Sequence record: LR756500.1
DNA: 64,000 nucleotides
Strand: one strand, 5' to 3'
Shown here piece by piece: positions 61,281 to 64,000 of this stretch; positions within the stretch are counted from its first letter, which is position 1, and the number at the start of each line of letters is the position of its first letter. The position numbers were made by a program, and so were the translations under genes. The notes under the pieces are model-generated. The model was not told the DNA's origin and ran no database searches. It saw only the letters and a program-made list of their open reading frames with translations.

Positions 61281-63330
61281 AATTATTTTTATTTAAATTT
61301 AATTGTTAAATATTCTCACTTTGTTGATTAAGTTGTTAAGGCTTTTAATCTAATTTTTCTCCACATGTTGGACAAAATTTCCATGTCGATTTTTTAATTC
61401 TTGATCTACATTCTGGACAATATTGTCTATTATCAGTTGGAAAAATAACAGTTTTTTGAGATTCAGGAAGAATCTTATATTCAACAAATGATGAACAATA
61501 AGAATTAAATTCAATATCTATTTGATCAAAATATTGACTTGAAGTTTTACCTTTAGATATTCTACCAGTTTCTTTTGTCGCAGACATTTTAGAACATTTA
61601 ACTGATCTTTTATTTTCATTTAAAAATCCTTTAGTTTGTTCTTGATTAGAATTTACATTAATATTGATATCTAAGCTATCTGTTGTAGTAGAATATTGTC
61701 CACTAGTATTTGTAACTCCTGTTGAATAAAAACATGTATTAATATTTTGAGTTCCATTTGTATACGTACCAGGAAACCAATAATCTTTGTCAAAAGATAA
61801 TGTTAAATTTTGATTTTTAACTTTTTCATCATAAAATTCTATACGTAAAATACCATTTTTTGCAATAGCATGATTAGTTGATTGATTATTTTCAACTTCA
61901 TACGTTTCAAAAAGAAATTTACGATTCTGATCTAAATATCTATCTAACCAAACTCGTTCACCTGGTTTTAAAACAAGTAAATTCTTTGACATAGAATTAC
62001 CATTAAAGATAATTTTAATACCGATAGTATTTTGTTTTGGATTATAGAGTTCTAATTCAAACTCATCTTTGTCTCTTAAAAAGACATTATTATCGTTTGC
62101 CTGGGAACGATAAACCCTTTGTCTGTTTTTGCCTATGGCCACGTGAGCCTCTGGCGTTCCATAAAATAATTGTACCATTTTTAATCTCTATTTTTATTTT
62201 TGCTAATTTTTTTGTCGCTCTTAAACGACTCTAAGCTTATTAAACTCAAAACTAACAAAGTGAGACCTTAACATTAATTATATGAAAATAAAATTAAAAG
62301 TTTCGATTTAATTATCGAAAAATCCGAAATCACTTGAATTTTTTAAATGTTCATATTTATCTTTAAACCAGTTTGGAAAAAATTTCCAATTTTTATCATT
62401 TATATTGTTTATAAATTTTAAATTTTTAGATAAAATATCATCTAAATCTTTCCAAATATTTTTATTTTTATTTATTAATTTAGTATCAAATTCTAATGTA
62501 TCTTTTTCAAACATTGTATAATTTTTTCCTAAATCAAAAATTTTACGTATTTTATCTCCATCTTTATGATATTCTAATAAAGCAAAAAATAATCTACCTA
62601 AACTATTAAATTCTTCTGAATTTCCTACACCATTAGAATCTTCTATATCACCAGAATATAAAGCAGGATTACTAGTATTACTTGCTTCACATACAACATA
62701 TCTTATAGGAATATTTATTAAAAAATTATCATTAAATATATCATTTAAATTATCAACTCCACTAATATTATAATACTGATATCCTTTAAGAGATGGTAAA
62801 ATAGCAATTATAATTCTATAATCATCATTTTTTAAAAAAATTGGTGATACATCTGTTATATCACCTTCTTCCTTTAAATATTTAGTTGACCAATATTCTA
62901 ATTCAATACTTATAATATTAATATCATTACCGTGTTTAGATTCATAATTTTTAACTAAATGTTGAAATATTTCAATAACTATATCACCTTTAGCATTGTT
63001 ATATAAAATTTTACTAATTTCAGGGTATGGATTTCCATATGATTTACCTTCATTTAAAAAACTAATATAATCTTTAATAAATTTCATTAATTATTTTATT
63101 TTATATATTTTCTTTTTTAGCTCTTAAAATTTTTGGTATAAATTCTTCATTAATATTTTTGCAATCTGCACATCTAAAACCTGGTATAGGTAAATTTTCC
63201 TTTTTACCTGTTCCTGATTGTAAAATAGATGCAATTTTAATTATATAAATTTGTTCAAATACATCACTACCACATTTTGAACAAACTGCATTAGGCATAT
63301 TTGGAATTTCATTTTTAATTGTTAATTGAT

Positions 63331-64000
63331 TCATGACATTAAATTTTTTAATCTGTTATTAAAGTGATCTGGAAAATTTTCTCTATTATTTAATATATTC
63401 ATTATAGTACCATCTATAAAATAAGTTATAGCCCAATCGTCTTTTGTTCTAATTGATCTACCCACGCCCTGAAAAATACTGATTTCTGTTTTCCAAGAAT
63501 ACCATTCATTTGATTTTTTTAATTTTGCTTTAACTAATGGATCTGATAATGATGGATATGGAACTTTAAAAAATATTTGAAATCTACTTATATCATCTTT
63601 TAAATCTAAACCTTCTAAAAGAGATGGTCCTATAAGTATTAAACCTTCTTTGTTATTTTTAAAAGTATTTAATATTTGTAATTTTTCTTGAGTATTAACG
63701 TAACTAATTAATCTATTTTTGTATTTTGAATTTTTTAAAATATAATTCATGAATTCATAAGATCCAGTATGAATAATACCTGAATTATTTTTATGTTTTT
63801 TCTCAATAATATAATCCATTACTTTTAATACATACGGAAGATTTTTTTCTTTTTCTTTATATGATAATTTATATTTAGGTAAATAGAAAATAGGTGATTT
63901 ATCATAATTAAAATCACTAGGTATTCTCATAAATTTAACTTTATCTAAAGCTATAACATTTGCATATCTCTGAGGTGTTCCAATAGTAGCACTCATAAAA
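63331..64000 (-). CDS. DinG/XPD-like helicase, C-terminal part (gene starts beyond the window)
   Basis: MSATIG, EGLDLKDD, KVPYP, QGVGRSIRTKDDWA. Confidence 0.82.
   Translation of the reverse strand, partial: FMSATIGTPQRYANVIALDKVKFMRIPSDFNYDKSPIFYLPKYKLSYKEKEKNLPYVLKVMDYIIEKKHKNNSGIIHTGSYEFMNYILKNSKYKNRLISYVNTQEKLQILNTFKNNKEGLILIGPSLLEGLDLKDDISRFQIFFKVPYPSLSDPLVKAKLKKSNEWYSWKTEISIFQGVGRSIRTKDDWAITYFIDGTIMNILNNRENFPDHFNNRLKNLMS

Larger units (their letters stand above)
757..63334 (-). other. About 70 further small minus-strand hypothetical ORFs from the track, tightly packed
   Basis: Co-directional, abutting or overlapping start/stop codons, AT-rich codon usage; no family recognised. Confidence 0.6.

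Noticed and set aside
9303-62234. Plus-strand ORFs in the track other than 19336..19674
   Set aside because: Antisense to well-supported minus-strand genes or ncRNA, with no recognisable motifs.
1-64000. Genome-wide TAG recoding (code 15) suggested by the CUA tRNA
   Set aside because: Long genes are intact under code 11, coding density is already high, and TAG ends genes sensibly (for example 18071 and 22676). Only local ambers were found.
1-64000. CRISPR array, rRNA or IS elements
   Set aside because: No regularly spaced direct repeats, rRNA motifs or transposase motifs seen.

Overview
64 kb of a very AT-rich jumbo/mega-phage genome, most likely infecting Bacteroidota (TAnnTTTG-type promoter boxes, A-rich start contexts, a tmRNA tag starting with Gly). 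Almost everything is on the minus strand. The window is a translation and RNA-repair accessory region. It holds about 32 tRNA or tRNA-like genes, a tmRNA, two Pth2-fold proteins, Tpt1/KptA, PNKP, NADAR, macrodomain, NadE, a nicotinamidase, a TerY-like vWA/PP2C/kinase triad, a sigma-70 factor, AAA+ ATPases and several free-standing homing endonucleases. Three systems missing from the ORF track stand out. (1) Four 20-24 codon leader peptides, each followed by an antiterminator/terminator pair, sit upstream of tRNA clusters, and their codons match the tRNAs downstream, suggesting tRNA-sensing attenuation. (2) A conserved ~65-nt structured element with compensatory base changes is inserted in four tRNA genes and wraps around a fifth in circularly permuted form. 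(3) A local amber-readthrough module has two tandem ORFs starting ATG-AAR-TAG-ATT (a Pth2-like gene and a short IRGP peptide) upstream of a Pyl-shaped CUA suppressor tRNA. All calls were made by eye with no database searches, so novelty is unverified and tRNA ends may be off by 1-2 nt.
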